A stretch of DNA of 64,000 bases from an uncultured candidatus Porisulfidus sp. (GCA_965116025.1 OZ220480.1:1376001-1440000), one strand, 5' to 3'. Positions 33,732-43,005 are shown, numbered from the stretch's first letter. A program made the numbers and translations. The notes: generated by a model not told the origin, from the letters alone.

Positions 33732-34151
33732 TCATGTCAATTGATTCGCTGGAAGCAGACGGTTCGATGATGTTGCGGAGCCACATAATGCGTTCATTAC
33801 TTCCGTCGAGTCCAATTCCGTGAGCAACCCCTGCACGATCCGGCGCAGCTCTGGCAAACTGTTCTGGATATAATCCCAGACGAGACCCGAATCCACACAA
33901 TCATAGCCATGGATCAGCAGGTTTCGGAAGTCGATTATCCGGCGCGTTCGTGGGATTCGCTTCGCGAGTTTCGGATAATTCTTATGCAGCCGGGTTAACG
34001 CCTCGCCTATGATCTCGAACTTGCGCTCAACCGCAGCTCGCATCATCGCGTCCGCGACGTATGCGTTTCTATCGGCGCCATCCGTGAATTGATTGATATC
34101 CGCCCCTGCCTGATCGATATCCGTCAGCGGGACGCGAGGGTCAGAGCGCAT
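33732..34151 (-). CDS. HEPN (DUF86/HepT-like) ribonuclease toxin, copy 1
   Basis: AVERKFEIIGEA and RNLLIHGY (Rx4HxY); start overlaps the MNT gene. Confidence 0.9.
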   Translation of the reverse strand: MRSDPRVPLTDIDQAGADINQFTDGADRNAYVADAMMRAAVERKFEIIGEALTRLHKNYPKLAKRIPRTRRIIDFRNLLIHGYDCVDSGLVWDYIQNSLPELRRIVQGLLTELDSTEVMNALCGSATSSNRLLPANQLT

Positions 34152-34452
34152 AGACGAGCTCGCGCGACTTATTGATAGAGGCGCGCAGATATGGATTGCG
34201 GATCGCGCGTGCCTCAACGAGGTCTACAGGGCGTCCCAAGGTTTCGCGTAGCGCCTCAATGAGGTCGAAATACCGATCAAAAGGCGCCAGCGCGCTATTT
34301 GGATCAAATTCGACTAGGAAGTCGGCGTCGCTTGTCTCCAGATCGAAATCCGTGCCGCGCGCCGCGGATCCGAACACTTCAAGCCGCGCCACCCCGTAGC
34401 GTCGGCAAAGATCCGCCAGCTCTTCTCGCTTGTTAGCGATAATCGCGTGCAT
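34141..34452 (-). CDS. Minimal nucleotidyltransferase (MntA-like) antitoxin, copy 1
   Basis: FGSAARGTDF...SDADFLV, LGRPVDLV. Confidence 0.9.
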   Translation of the reverse strand: MHAIIANKREELADLCRRYGVARLEVFGSAARGTDFDLETSDADFLVEFDPNSALAPFDRYFDLIEALRETLGRPVDLVEARAIRNPYLRASINKSRELVYAL

Positions 34453-34969
34453 GGCTAATTTCTCTATCCGGTGGCGACCGACGTTCAGCGGTGGTTCCTA
34501 AAGAGAGGCGCTTTCGTCAAGATTTCTGGTCGTCGCGTGGCAACGCGTCCGTCTCGCCATATCTGGCATCAAGGACGACATTCAAGCGGGAATCCATTAT
34601 ACGTCGAATTCTTCCTTCTTCTGGGCCGCGCCATGGCTCAATACTTGGCGGACGCACGGCGGCGGAAGGCGATCCCCGGTGTATACTTTGAAGAGCTTCC
34701 ATGAACGCCTTCACGATGTCCGATCACTGCCTGAAGGCATTCCGCGCGGCGGCTTCGCTACCGAGTCTCCCCAAGGTCGCTAAAGTCGTGCGCCCGACCC
34801 AGTCCTTGGCGATTTATCAGATTCGGTGGTTGAGGTACCGCTGCGAGACGCGCCCGCTCGACCGAGCGCGTCTCGCTGGCTTGCCGGTCGCTCCGTATCA
34901 GGCGCAGATCGAAGAGGCGTCGCGCGACCACGCTGTGGATTTTCACGCCACGATATATGAGGAGACGAC

Positions 34970-36034
34970 GTGATCAAGTTGCTCCGGGAATGGTATGGGC
35001 GGAATTTCACGGACCCGCAGCAAGCCATTCTTCTGTTGCTGATCGCGCTGGGATTAGGGCTGGCTCTGCTCGTTGGCGATATCTTGGCGCCGCTACTGGT
35101 CAGCGTGTTGCTGGCCTACATCCTGGAAGGATTGATCCGCGCCCTGCAGGGCATCAGATTCCCGCGACTGGTCGCGTTCCTGCTGGTCTACGTCTTGTTC
35201 GTCGCTGGTCTGTTGCTGGCGTTGTTGCGTTTGGTGCCGATGCTGTCGGAGCAGGTGGTGGATCTCGCGTCGCGGCTACCGAGCATGTTGGCGACCGGGC
35301 AACGCTGGGTCGAGGCGCTTCCAGAGCGCTATCCGGAACTGGTCAACCCGACCCAGGTGGAGCAGATCCTGACGGCGGTCCGCGCGGAAGCGCTGGCGTT
35401 TGGCGACGAGATCATCCGCTTCTCGCTGGACACGGTGGTGGACGTGCTGTCGGTGGTGGTGTACGCGATCGTGGTGCCGATTCTGGTGTTTTTCCTGCTC
35501 AAGGACAAGCGGCGCATCCTGGATTGGGCGAAGACCTATTTGCCGGCCCCTCAGTCGCTTTCCTCCCGGGTGTGGAGCGAGATGGACCTGAAGGTGTCCC
35601 AGTACCTTCGTGGAAAACTGGTCGAGATCGGGGTTGTCTGGGCCGTGACGTTCCTCGCGTTCGCGTTGCTTGGCCTGCAGTACGCGCTGCTCTTGTCGTT
35701 CTTGGTTGGGCTGTCGGTGATCATTCCGTACGTGGGCGCGGTGGTGGTGACGGTGCCAGTGCTGCTGGTCGGCGCCTTCCAGTGGGGGTTGAGCCCGGAT
35801 CTCGCCTACCTGACGCTAGTCTACCTAGCGATCCAGTTCCTTGATGGAAACCTGCTGGTGCCGTTGCTGTTCTCCGAAGCGGTGAATCTCCATCCAGCCG
35901 CTATCCTGACAGCGATCCTGGTTTTCGGAGGACTGTGGGGAGTGTGGGGCGTGTTGCTCGCGATCCCTTTGGCGTCGCTGATCGACGTGGTGTCGCGTAG
36001 CTGGTCGCGCGCCGACGCGAGTCAGGGAGGTTAG
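34970..36034 (+). CDS. perM: AI-2E family transporter (PerM-like)
   Basis: FTDPQQA, FFLLKDK, YLRGKLVEI, IPYVGA, LDGNLLVPLLFSEAVNLHP; adjacent to bcp as in other Gammaproteobacteria. Confidence 0.85.
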   Translation: MIKLLREWYGRNFTDPQQAILLLLIALGLGLALLVGDILAPLLVSVLLAYILEGLIRALQGIRFPRLVAFLLVYVLFVAGLLLALLRLVPMLSEQVVDLASRLPSMLATGQRWVEALPERYPELVNPTQVEQILTAVRAEALAFGDEIIRFSLDTVVDVLSVVVYAIVVPILVFFLLKDKRRILDWAKTYLPAPQSLSSRVWSEMDLKVSQYLRGKLVEIGVVWAVTFLAFALLGLQYALLLSFLVGLSVIIPYVGAVVVTVPVLLVGAFQWGLSPDLAYLTLVYLAIQFLDGNLLVPLLFSEAVNLHPAAILTAILVFGGLWGVWGVLLAIPLASLIDVVSRSWSRADASQGG

Positions 36035-36513
36035 GCTTGCACGATCTCGTCGACCGCCGCCAGGACCTCCGCGGCGTGGCCGGGCACCCGGACCTTCCGC
36101 CAAACGCGGCGCGCTATGCCTTCCGGGTCGATCAGGAACGTGCTGCGCTCGATGCCACGAACTTTTCGCCCGTACATGTTCTTCATCTTGATGACATCGT
36201 ATTTTTCGCAGGCGATCTCGTCGGGATCGGAAAGGAGTCGGAATGGAAATCCATGTTTGGCTTTGAAGTTCTCATGGGTCTTGAGCGAGTCGCGAGAGAC
36301 CCCGAGGATAATGGTCCGGCGGTGGCGAAAACGCGGGTGCAGATCCCGGAAGTCCTGTCCTTCCGTGGTGCATCCAGGCGTGTGGTCCTTGGGGTAGAAG
36401 TACAGGACCACGGGGTGGCCCCGGAATTCGGACAAGCGCGCGAGCTCGCCTCCCGTGGAAAGCAACTCGAAATCTGGAGCTCGGCTCCCTTCCACGACCG
36501 GTTTGGTTGCCAT
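36031..36513 (-). CDS. bcp: Thioredoxin-dependent peroxiredoxin Bcp
   Basis: VLYFYPKDHTPGCTTEG, ERSTFLID. Confidence 0.93.
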   Translation of the reverse strand: MATKPVVEGSRAPDFELLSTGGELARLSEFRGHPVVLYFYPKDHTPGCTTEGQDFRDLHPRFRHRRTIILGVSRDSLKTHENFKAKHGFPFRLLSDPDEIACEKYDVIKMKNMYGRKVRGIERSTFLIDPEGIARRVWRKVRVPGHAAEVLAAVDEIVQA

Positions 36514-36599
36514 CTTCCGCGCATGACCTCAGAAAAAAGGGCCGAAAGCATATCATATCCGGTGAACGTTCCGGCGGTTGATGAGCGTTCCGACTTGAC

Positions 36600-36629
36600 C
36601 GTGGAGCCGCGCTTCAGTCTCACGCCTCG
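36600..36629 (+). repeat. 30-bp imperfect direct repeat, copy 1 (copy 2 at 37556-37585)
   Basis: CGTGGAGCCGCGCTTCAGTCTCACGCCTCG vs CGTGAAACCGCGCTTCAGTCCCACGCCTCG, 27/30 identical. Confidence 0.8.
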
Positions 36630-36841
36630 CTGGAATATCAGCGCTCCCGGTCCAGCGCTCCGCCTTCCGAATGGCTCTGGACTCGCGAGACGTGCCGAGC
36701 GCCGAGACGGTCAGAGGCTCTTTCGCCATATCGCGTGGCCAGCCGCCGCATCGCCCTACCGGATGGCTGGAGGCTGAGCCTCGCGACCGGATAATTGCCC
36801 ATCGCTTTACAATGCGTAAGGTGGATGTCTGATTTTGACGC

Positions 36842-37353
36842 ATGCCGACACCAGGATCCCGTGAAGAGCTTCTTGATGCGATCAACACGAGCTTTGATCG
36901 TCTTGATAAGGATCTGAGGATGGTGCCCGTGGCGAAAAGCGATGAAGCGACCCTTGAGGGGCATGTCAAGGGCACGGCAATGAGCGTCCACGATCTGGCA
37001 AGCTATCTCTTGGTTGGAATATGCTGGTGCTGAAGTGGATTGAACAGGACGCGGGAGGCGAGCCGATTGATTTTCCTGAGACCGGTTTCAGATGGAATCA
37101 GCTCGGCGCGCTCGCGCGAAAGTTTTACGCGGATTTCGACACCGTTCCTCTTGGTCGGCTTTTGGAGGCTCTCGAAGTCACAAAACAGGAAATCGTCACG
37201 TTCATTTCCGGCCAGACCAACGAACGCCTGTACGGTGGGCCATGGTGCGGGAAGCACACCATGGGCCGAATGATCCAACTCAATACGTCCTCGCCGTACG
37301 CTAATGCCCGCGCGCGTTTGCGGAAATGGAAGCGGCGACATGGCATCGCATGA
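36842..37353 (+). pseudogene. ClbS/DfsB (DUF1706) family four-helix bundle protein, frameshifted near 37010
   Basis: MSVHDLASYL continues in another frame as GWNMLVLKW...DFPETGFRWNQLG...GRMIQLNTSSPY; adding one base restores a protein of about 170 aa. Confidence 0.8.
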
Positions 37354-37555
37354 TGGAGACTGACGGCGAAGGGTTCTCGCTTGGATGTTCAGGCTTTTGT
37401 CGTTGGAAAACGTCTCTTTCGATCATTGGCGAACTTCAGCATGCCGCTGATTACAATGGGTTTTCGGAAAAATTCATCGAGGGCCGCGGTGTTGACGGTG
37501 AGGCCCTGCCGCGGCGTGGGCGACCGGTCGCCTTCAGGGCCCCGCCGTCCGGGAA

Positions 37556-37585
37556 CGTGAAACCGCGCTTCAGTCCCACGCCTCG
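37556..37585 (+). repeat. 30-bp imperfect direct repeat, copy 2
   Basis: Matches 36600-36629 at 27 of 30 positions. Confidence 0.8.
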
Positions 37586-37639
37586 TCAGAAGACTCCGTT
37601 TTCCCGGTCTGGGCGACATATATGGTTCGCCCCCTCCCT

Positions 37640-37883
37640 GCAAGTCGGAAGCTTGAGGCGACGGTCGATCGGCCGCGCACATATATCCGGCCTCTCGGTG
37701 GGAGGACGTCGCCTCCCGGGCCCCGATGGGTTCCGCACGCTCCGGCCTTATCATTTGTACGGCCTCGAAGGCCTATGTCAACACCAGGCTCTCGGAGCGT
37801 CGGTCCGACCTGTTCCGCCATCCTTTCGCTTCTTCCCCGCAACCGATCGGCGGGCGAAGCCCGCCGGGATCCGGAGGGAAGCC
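37640..37883 (-). ncRNA. Predicted bridge/seekRNA, distal copy (boundaries approximate)
   Basis: Segments matching the target and donor junctions at 37680-37686, 37725-37730, 37752-37758 and 37775-37780. Confidence 0.7.
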
Positions 37884-38267
37884 TCACGTCATGCAGGCTT
37901 CCTCCCGATAGGTTCCGCCACGCCGGAGCAGCGCCCAGGCGATGCGGACGTTCTTGTTCGCCAACGCGACCGCCGCCACGTTGTCGTGGTGGCGCTCGCG
38001 CAGGCCGCGAAGCCAAGCGCCGAGCGCGTCCTCGCGCTGGTCGGAGACCCGCAACACCGCTTTCGCGCCCAAGATCAGCAGGCCGCGCAAGGCGCGGTCC
38101 CCCCGCTTGCTGATCCCTCCGAGCTTCGGCTTTCCGCCGGTGGAGTATTGCCGCGGCACCAGGCCGAGGTAGGCGGCCGCCTCCCGCCCGTCGCGGAACT
38201 CGCCGCCGTCGCCCAGCTTCGCGACCAGGGCGCTGGCCGACAGCGCGCCTATGCCCGGGATCGTCAT
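37884..38267 (-). pseudogene. Duplicated C-terminal (Tnp) domain of the IS110 recombinase
   Basis: MTIPGIGALSA...PRQYSTGGK...ALANKNVR, identical to the last 127 aa of the full recombinase. Confidence 0.85.
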
Positions 38268-38287
38268 ATATGGTTCGCCCCCTCCCT

Positions 38288-38531
38288 GCAAGTCGGAAGC
38301 TTGAGGCGACGGTCGATCGGCCGCGCACATATATCCGGCCTCTCGGTGGGAGGACGTCGCCTCCCGGGCCCCGATGGGTTCCGCACGCTCCGGCCTTATC
38401 ATTTGTACGGCCTCGAAGGCCTATGTCAACACCAGGCTCTCGGAGCGTCGGTCCGACCTGTTCCGCCATCCTTTCGCTTCTTCCCCGCAACCGATCGGCG
38501 GGCGAAGCCCGCCGGGATCCGGAGGGAAGCC
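38288..38531 (-). ncRNA. Predicted bridge/seekRNA, proximal copy directly downstream of the recombinase gene (boundaries approximate)
   Basis: Same guide segments shifted by 648 bp; the 3' position is typical of the IS1111 subgroup. Confidence 0.75.
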
Positions 38532-39578
38532 TCACGTCATGCAGGCTTCCTCCCGATAGGTTCCGCCACGCCGGAGCAGCGCCCAGGCGATGCGGACGTT
38601 CTTGTTCGCCAACGCGACCGCCGCCACGTTGTCGTGGTGGCGCTCGCGCAGGCCGCGAAGCCAAGCGCCGAGCGCGTCCTCGCGCTGGTCGGAGACCCGC
38701 AACACCGCTTTCGCGCCCAAGATCAGCAGGCCGCGCAAGGCGCGGTCCCCCCGCTTGCTGATCCCTCCGAGCTTCGGCTTTCCGCCGGTGGAGTATTGCC
38801 GCGGCACCAGGCCGAGGTAGGCGGCCGCCTCCCGCCCGTCGCGGAACTCGCCGCCGTCGCCCAGCTTCGCGACCAGGGCGCTGGCCGACAGCGCGCCTAT
38901 GCCCGGGATCGTCATCAGCCGCCGGCAGCCCGGGTCGGCCTCGGCATGCGCCTGGATCCGCGCCCGGCAACGCCCCTCCCGCCGGTCCAGCTCCCGCACC
39001 TCCTCGTAACCTTCCGCCAGCGCCTCGCGGACTTCCGGAAGCAAGCCGTTCTCGCCGTCCTCCAGGATCTCCGGCAGCCGCGCCCGAAAGACCCCGATCC
39101 CTTTCGGCATGACGATCCCGTACTCCTGCAGGAACGCGCGCGACTGATTGACCAGCCGGGTGCGGCTCCGCACCAGCCGCGCCCGCGTCCGATGGCATTG
39201 CTGGATCGCTTGCTCGGCTTCCGTCCGCGCCGGCACGAAGCGCATGCTCGGACGGCTCCGCGCCTCGCAGATGGCCTCCGCGTCGCGCGCGTCGTTCTTG
39301 TTCGACTTCACGAACGGCTTCACGAAGGACGGCGCCATCAGCCGCGCGTCATGCCCATGACGACGGAACAGCCGCGCCCAGTGATGCGCGCCGCCGCAGG
39401 CCTCCAGCCCGACCCGGCATGGCGGCAGCTCCTCCGCGAAGCGTTCCAGCTGAGCCCGCGTGAAGCGCCTCTCCAGCACGATCTTGCCGGCGCGCGTCAT
39501 GCCGCAAGCGTGAAACGCCTGCTTGCCCAGGTCCACGCCCAGATGGGCGATGGCCAGTTGATGTAGAGTCCGCTTCAT
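38532..39578 (-). CDS. IS110 family recombinase (DEDD RuvC-like plus Tnp domain)
   Basis: GVDLGK, GLEAC, KNDARDAEAI (D-E-D-D), IPGIG, QYSTGGK with the conserved Ser. Confidence 0.96.
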   Translation of the reverse strand: MKRTLHQLAIAHLGVDLGKQAFHACGMTRAGKIVLERRFTRAQLERFAEELPPCRVGLEACGGAHHWARLFRRHGHDARLMAPSFVKPFVKSNKNDARDAEAICEARSRPSMRFVPARTEAEQAIQQCHRTRARLVRSRTRLVNQSRAFLQEYGIVMPKGIGVFRARLPEILEDGENGLLPEVREALAEGYEEVRELDRREGRCRARIQAHAEADPGCRRLMTIPGIGALSASALVAKLGDGGEFRDGREAAAYLGLVPRQYSTGGKPKLGGISKRGDRALRGLLILGAKAVLRVSDQREDALGAWLRGLRERHHDNVAAVALANKNVRIAWALLRRGGTYREEACMT

Positions 39579-39670
39579 AAGGGTCGTCCCGCTTTCGCGA
39601 TGGGTTGGTTGTACTCTCATTGTGCCCGCTCAAGGCCAAGCAGGGAAGCGGGGCGAACCATCCCATCATT

Positions 39671-39679
39671 TGTTAAAAT
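39671..39679 (+). promoter_or_regulatory. Candidate extended -10 promoter of dapA
   Basis: TGTTAAAAT about 28 nt upstream of the dapA ATG, abutting the IS end. Confidence 0.5.
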
Positions 39680-39707
39680 GCGGACGGGCTGACCCACAAA
39701 CTCTCGC

Positions 39708-40592
39708 ATGATTCGTCTTCAAGGTAGCATGGTCGCCATGGTCACCCCCATGCGCGCGTCCGGCGACATCGACTACGCGGCGCTGGCCGACGTGGTGGAC
39801 TTTCATCTGGAGCGGGGCACTGACGCGCTGGTTCCGGTGGGCACGACCGGGGAATCGGCGACCTTAAGCGTATCGGAGCACCATGAGGTCATTCGCCGCG
39901 TGGTGGAGCGAGTGGATGGGCGAATTCCGGTGATCGCGGGCACTGGCGCCAACGCCACCGCTGAAGCCATCGAGCTGACTCGTTACGCGCATGAGGCGGG
40001 AGCCGACGCTTGCTTGCTGGTGACGCCGTATTACAACAAGCCGACCCAAGAGGGTTTGTACCAACACTATCGGGCGGTCGCCGAGGCCGTGCCGATCCCG
40101 CAGATCCTGTATAACGTTCCGGGTCGGACGGCCTGCGACATGTTGCCGGAGACGGTGACGCGGCTGGCTGGGCTGGAATGGATCGTTGGCATCAAGGAGG
40201 CGACTGGCGACCTGCACCGGATTCGCCGCCTGCGCGAGTCGTGCGGCGACGAGTTCATCATTATCAGCGGAGACGACGAGACATCCATGGATACGCTACT
40301 TAACGGAGGGCAGGGAGTGATCACGGTGACGGGCAACGTGGCGCCCGAGCTGATGCACGAGATGTGCATGGCCGGGCTGGAGGGAGATGCCGAGGCGGCG
40401 CGCGCCCATGATCGGAAGCTGGAGCTGCTCCATCGCGATCTGTTCGTCGAGTCCAGCCCGATTCCAGTGAAGTGGTGCTTGCACCGCATGGGATTGATCC
40501 CGGAGGGCATCCGCCTGCCGCTGACTCCGCTCTCGGAAGGGTTGCGCGGGACTTTGGAGGCCGCCATGCGCGCGGCGGGGGCGCTGGCGTGA
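39708..40592 (+). CDS. dapA: 4-hydroxy-tetrahydrodipicolinate synthase
   Basis: GTTGES, TPYYNKPTQEG, LYNVPGRT, GIKEATG, SGDD. Confidence 0.97.
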   Translation: MIRLQGSMVAMVTPMRASGDIDYAALADVVDFHLERGTDALVPVGTTGESATLSVSEHHEVIRRVVERVDGRIPVIAGTGANATAEAIELTRYAHEAGADACLLVTPYYNKPTQEGLYQHYRAVAEAVPIPQILYNVPGRTACDMLPETVTRLAGLEWIVGIKEATGDLHRIRRLRESCGDEFIIISGDDETSMDTLLNGGQGVITVTGNVAPELMHEMCMAGLEGDAEAARAHDRKLELLHRDLFVESSPIPVKWCLHRMGLIPEGIRLPLTPLSEGLRGTLEAAMRAAGALA

Positions 40593-41686
40593 GGCGCTGG
40601 GCATGGGCAGGCGGTCTGGCCGCGTTGCTCGCGGGTTGTGGGGACGAGCCGCTGACCATTGAGGAATTGGTTGGGGAGGCGGCCGATGTGTTCGAGAGCG
40701 ATTGGTGGGGAGGTGAGGAGGAATATGGCTCTAGCCAGTCGACCGAGGCGCTTCGAGTGCCGCCGAAACTCAGCTTGCCGGATACCAGCGCGCAGTTAGC
40801 GATCCCGGAACTTGGCGGAGTCAGCGCGAAGAAGACGGGCCGGGGGGCGGCCTCAGTGTTGCCGGGCTTCATGGAAATGAAAGTGCGGCGGGAAGGAAGC
40901 GCGCGATGGCTGGAGGTGGGGGCGGACCCGGTCACCCTGTGGCCGCATCTTCGCTCTTTCTGGGAAGACCAGGGATTCGAGCTGGTCCAAGAGGCGCCAT
41001 TGCTTGGCATCCTGGAGACGAAGTGGCGCGAGAAGGCGGATGACATCCGGGGACTGGACACGGAATCCGGAGGCCTGTACTACACGGCTTCACGGGAGAA
41101 GTTCCGCTTGCGTATGGAACGCGAGCCTAACGCGTACGCCAACGTGTTCATCACGCGACAAAAACTTGAGGTGGCGGGCTTGGACGCCAACGACACGGTG
41201 ATCTGGAAAGCCGGGCGCCCGGACCCGGAGCGCGAGGCTGAGATGCTGGTCCGCTTGATGGAGCATTTGGGCTCCACTCGGATGGAAAGCGTGGCCACCT
41301 TGGAGGAAGAGGTGGTGGAGGCCACCGTCGGCCTGGACCTGAAGTATATAGGGGGCACCCCGGTGCTGATGGTCGGCGATCAGTACAGTAGCGTGTGGCG
41401 CCAGGTTGGCATCGCCTTGGAGCGGACCGGGCTGTACGTGGTCGATCTTGACCGCGACCAGGGAACCTACGTCTTCCGCTATCGAACGCGAGGCCCCGAT
41501 GGCGGGCCAGCCGATACTCTCCTGGAGGTCCATCTGCTTTCCCGCGAGGAGGATCTGACTCTGCTGACGGTGCATCGGCACAAATCGGACCAGCCAGTGG
41601 ACAAGGACCTGAATCGCGCCGTGTTGCGCGCGATCTTGGCGGGATACTCGCTCACGCCTCGGGAACTCACGGCCGAAGCGGAATAA
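40589..41686 (+). CDS. bamC: Outer membrane protein assembly factor BamC (lipoprotein)
   Basis: GTG start overlapping the dapA stop, lipobox LAGC, LRVPPKL, REKFRLRME; dapA-bamC synteny. Confidence 0.82.
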   Translation: MRRWAWAGGLAALLAGCGDEPLTIEELVGEAADVFESDWWGGEEEYGSSQSTEALRVPPKLSLPDTSAQLAIPELGGVSAKKTGRGAASVLPGFMEMKVRREGSARWLEVGADPVTLWPHLRSFWEDQGFELVQEAPLLGILETKWREKADDIRGLDTESGGLYYTASREKFRLRMEREPNAYANVFITRQKLEVAGLDANDTVIWKAGRPDPEREAEMLVRLMEHLGSTRMESVATLEEEVVEATVGLDLKYIGGTPVLMVGDQYSSVWRQVGIALERTGLYVVDLDRDQGTYVFRYRTRGPDGGPADTLLEVHLLSREEDLTLLTVHRHKSDQPVDKDLNRAVLRAILAGYSLTPRELTAEAE

Positions 41687-41700
41687 CTCGAGAAAGGGAA

Positions 41701-41720
41701 CGCGCCGGGCTGCCGGCGCG
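41701..41720. terminator. Hairpin between convergent bamC and folE2
   Basis: CGCGCCGG-gctg-CCGGCGCG, 8-bp stem; no U tract. Confidence 0.35.
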
Positions 41721-41728
41721 GAGCGGCA

Positions 41729-42625
41729 TCAGTCGCCTTGGTCTTGTGGCGTGATGCCCGACTGCGCGCGGGACATGGCGAGGTAGGTGATGTTGCCGCG
41801 CCGCGAGACGATGTCCCGAGACTTGTCCTTCTCGACGCATGCGTAGGCCGAGTGGTTGTGGATGGACTCGAAGTTTTCCGATTCCACCTTGTAGGCCCGA
41901 ACCCGGTCGTCCTCGTTGAGTCGCAGGGCCAAATCGCGAACCATATCCTCCACGAACTTGGGGTTGTCGTAGGCGCGTTCGGTGACGAACTTCTCGTCTG
42001 GACGCTTCAGCAGTCCGTACAGTTCGCAGGACGCTTCGCTTTCGGCCATCTCGATCAACTCCTCGATCCACAGCGGGCGGGCCAAGGTCACGGTGAGCGT
42101 GATTCTCGAGCGCTGGTTGTGCGCGCCGTATTCCGAGATGTTCTTGGAGCAGGGGCACAGGCTGGTGACCGGGATCTCGACGGACGCGATCAGCCGCGTG
42201 TCGCCGCGATTGAAATTTCCGCGCAGGCGGACCCGGTAATCCAGATAGCTGCGAACGCCGGATACGGGCGCGGCCTTGTTCATGAAGAAGGGAAAGGCCA
42301 TCTCGATGTGCCCCTCCTCCGCGTCGAGCCGCGTCGCCATGCCGTGCAGCAATTCGCCGAAGTTTTCCAGAGAGATCGCTTGTCGGTGGTCCTGCAGGAC
42401 ATGCACGAAGCGCGACATGTGGGTGCCCTTGACCTCGGGCGGTAGGTTGACCGTCATGGTTAGGCGCGCGACCGTGGGTTGCGGCGCACCACCGCGGTCC
42501 ACGAACTCGATCGGATGCAGGATGTCCTTGATGCCGACCCGGTTGATCGGGATCGCGCGCGTGTCCGAAAGGCTCTGCTCATCGTGCAGGGATTCGTCGC
42601 TTTGGATAGGGTCTGGGTGGGCCAT
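41729..42625 (-). CDS. folE2: GTP cyclohydrolase IB
   Basis: [40 protein letters not shown]. Confidence 0.96.
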   Translation of the reverse strand: MAHPDPIQSDESLHDEQSLSDTRAIPINRVGIKDILHPIEFVDRGGAPQPTVARLTMTVNLPPEVKGTHMSRFVHVLQDHRQAISLENFGELLHGMATRLDAEEGHIEMAFPFFMNKAAPVSGVRSYLDYRVRLRGNFNRGDTRLIASVEIPVTSLCPCSKNISEYGAHNQRSRITLTVTLARPLWIEELIEMAESEASCELYGLLKRPDEKFVTERAYDNPKFVEDMVRDLALRLNEDDRVRAYKVESENFESIHNHSAYACVEKDKSRDIVSRRGNITYLAMSRAQSGITPQDQGD

Positions 42626-43005
42626 GGAGTCCGCTCTTTGAATATTCAGGCTCGCCCATATTACTCTGGAAGAGGCATCGGAGCAAACGTCGGATTTCCA
42701 GGCCGAGGCGTCGCTCCCGAATGAGCTCCAAGGTGTCACGGCAACTCGTCGAGACCTTGAGGTATGGCTGTTACTATGGAATTCGATGGGGCTGGGAGTC
42801 AGGCGTCGAGGCTCGTAGGGCCGCGCTCCCGCGCCTGCTGACGATATCGAGTTGCTCGTCTCGCGCGTGGCGGTGCCGGACATGTTCGGGTCATGTTAGA
42901 CTGTCGCCACACGCCCTCGACAAACGGATTTGACCAAGGGGGCATTCCGAATTAACCGACGGTTGGAATTTTAAGGCGGTCCGGCCAAGAACAAGGGATG
43001 AAATC

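Larger units (their letters stand above)
37617..38915. repeat. Tandem duplication with a period of 648 bp
   Basis: 37617-38267 repeats as 38265-38915, overlapping at a CAT trinucleotide; no differences seen by eye. Confidence 0.95.
37617..39669 (-). mobile_element. IS110 family, IS1111 subgroup element (unit 38265-39669) plus a duplicated 648-bp 3' part
   Basis: DEDD recombinase, 12-bp subterminal IRs ATGGTTCGCCCC (37622-37633 and 38270-38281) and GGGGCGAACCAT (39650-39661), long 3' noncoding region, shared CAT core at both ends. Confidence 0.93.

Noticed and set aside
37326-39566. 746-aa plus-strand ORF with an internal repeat
   Set aside because: Antisense shadow of the IS recombinase; it reads through only because 648 is a multiple of 3
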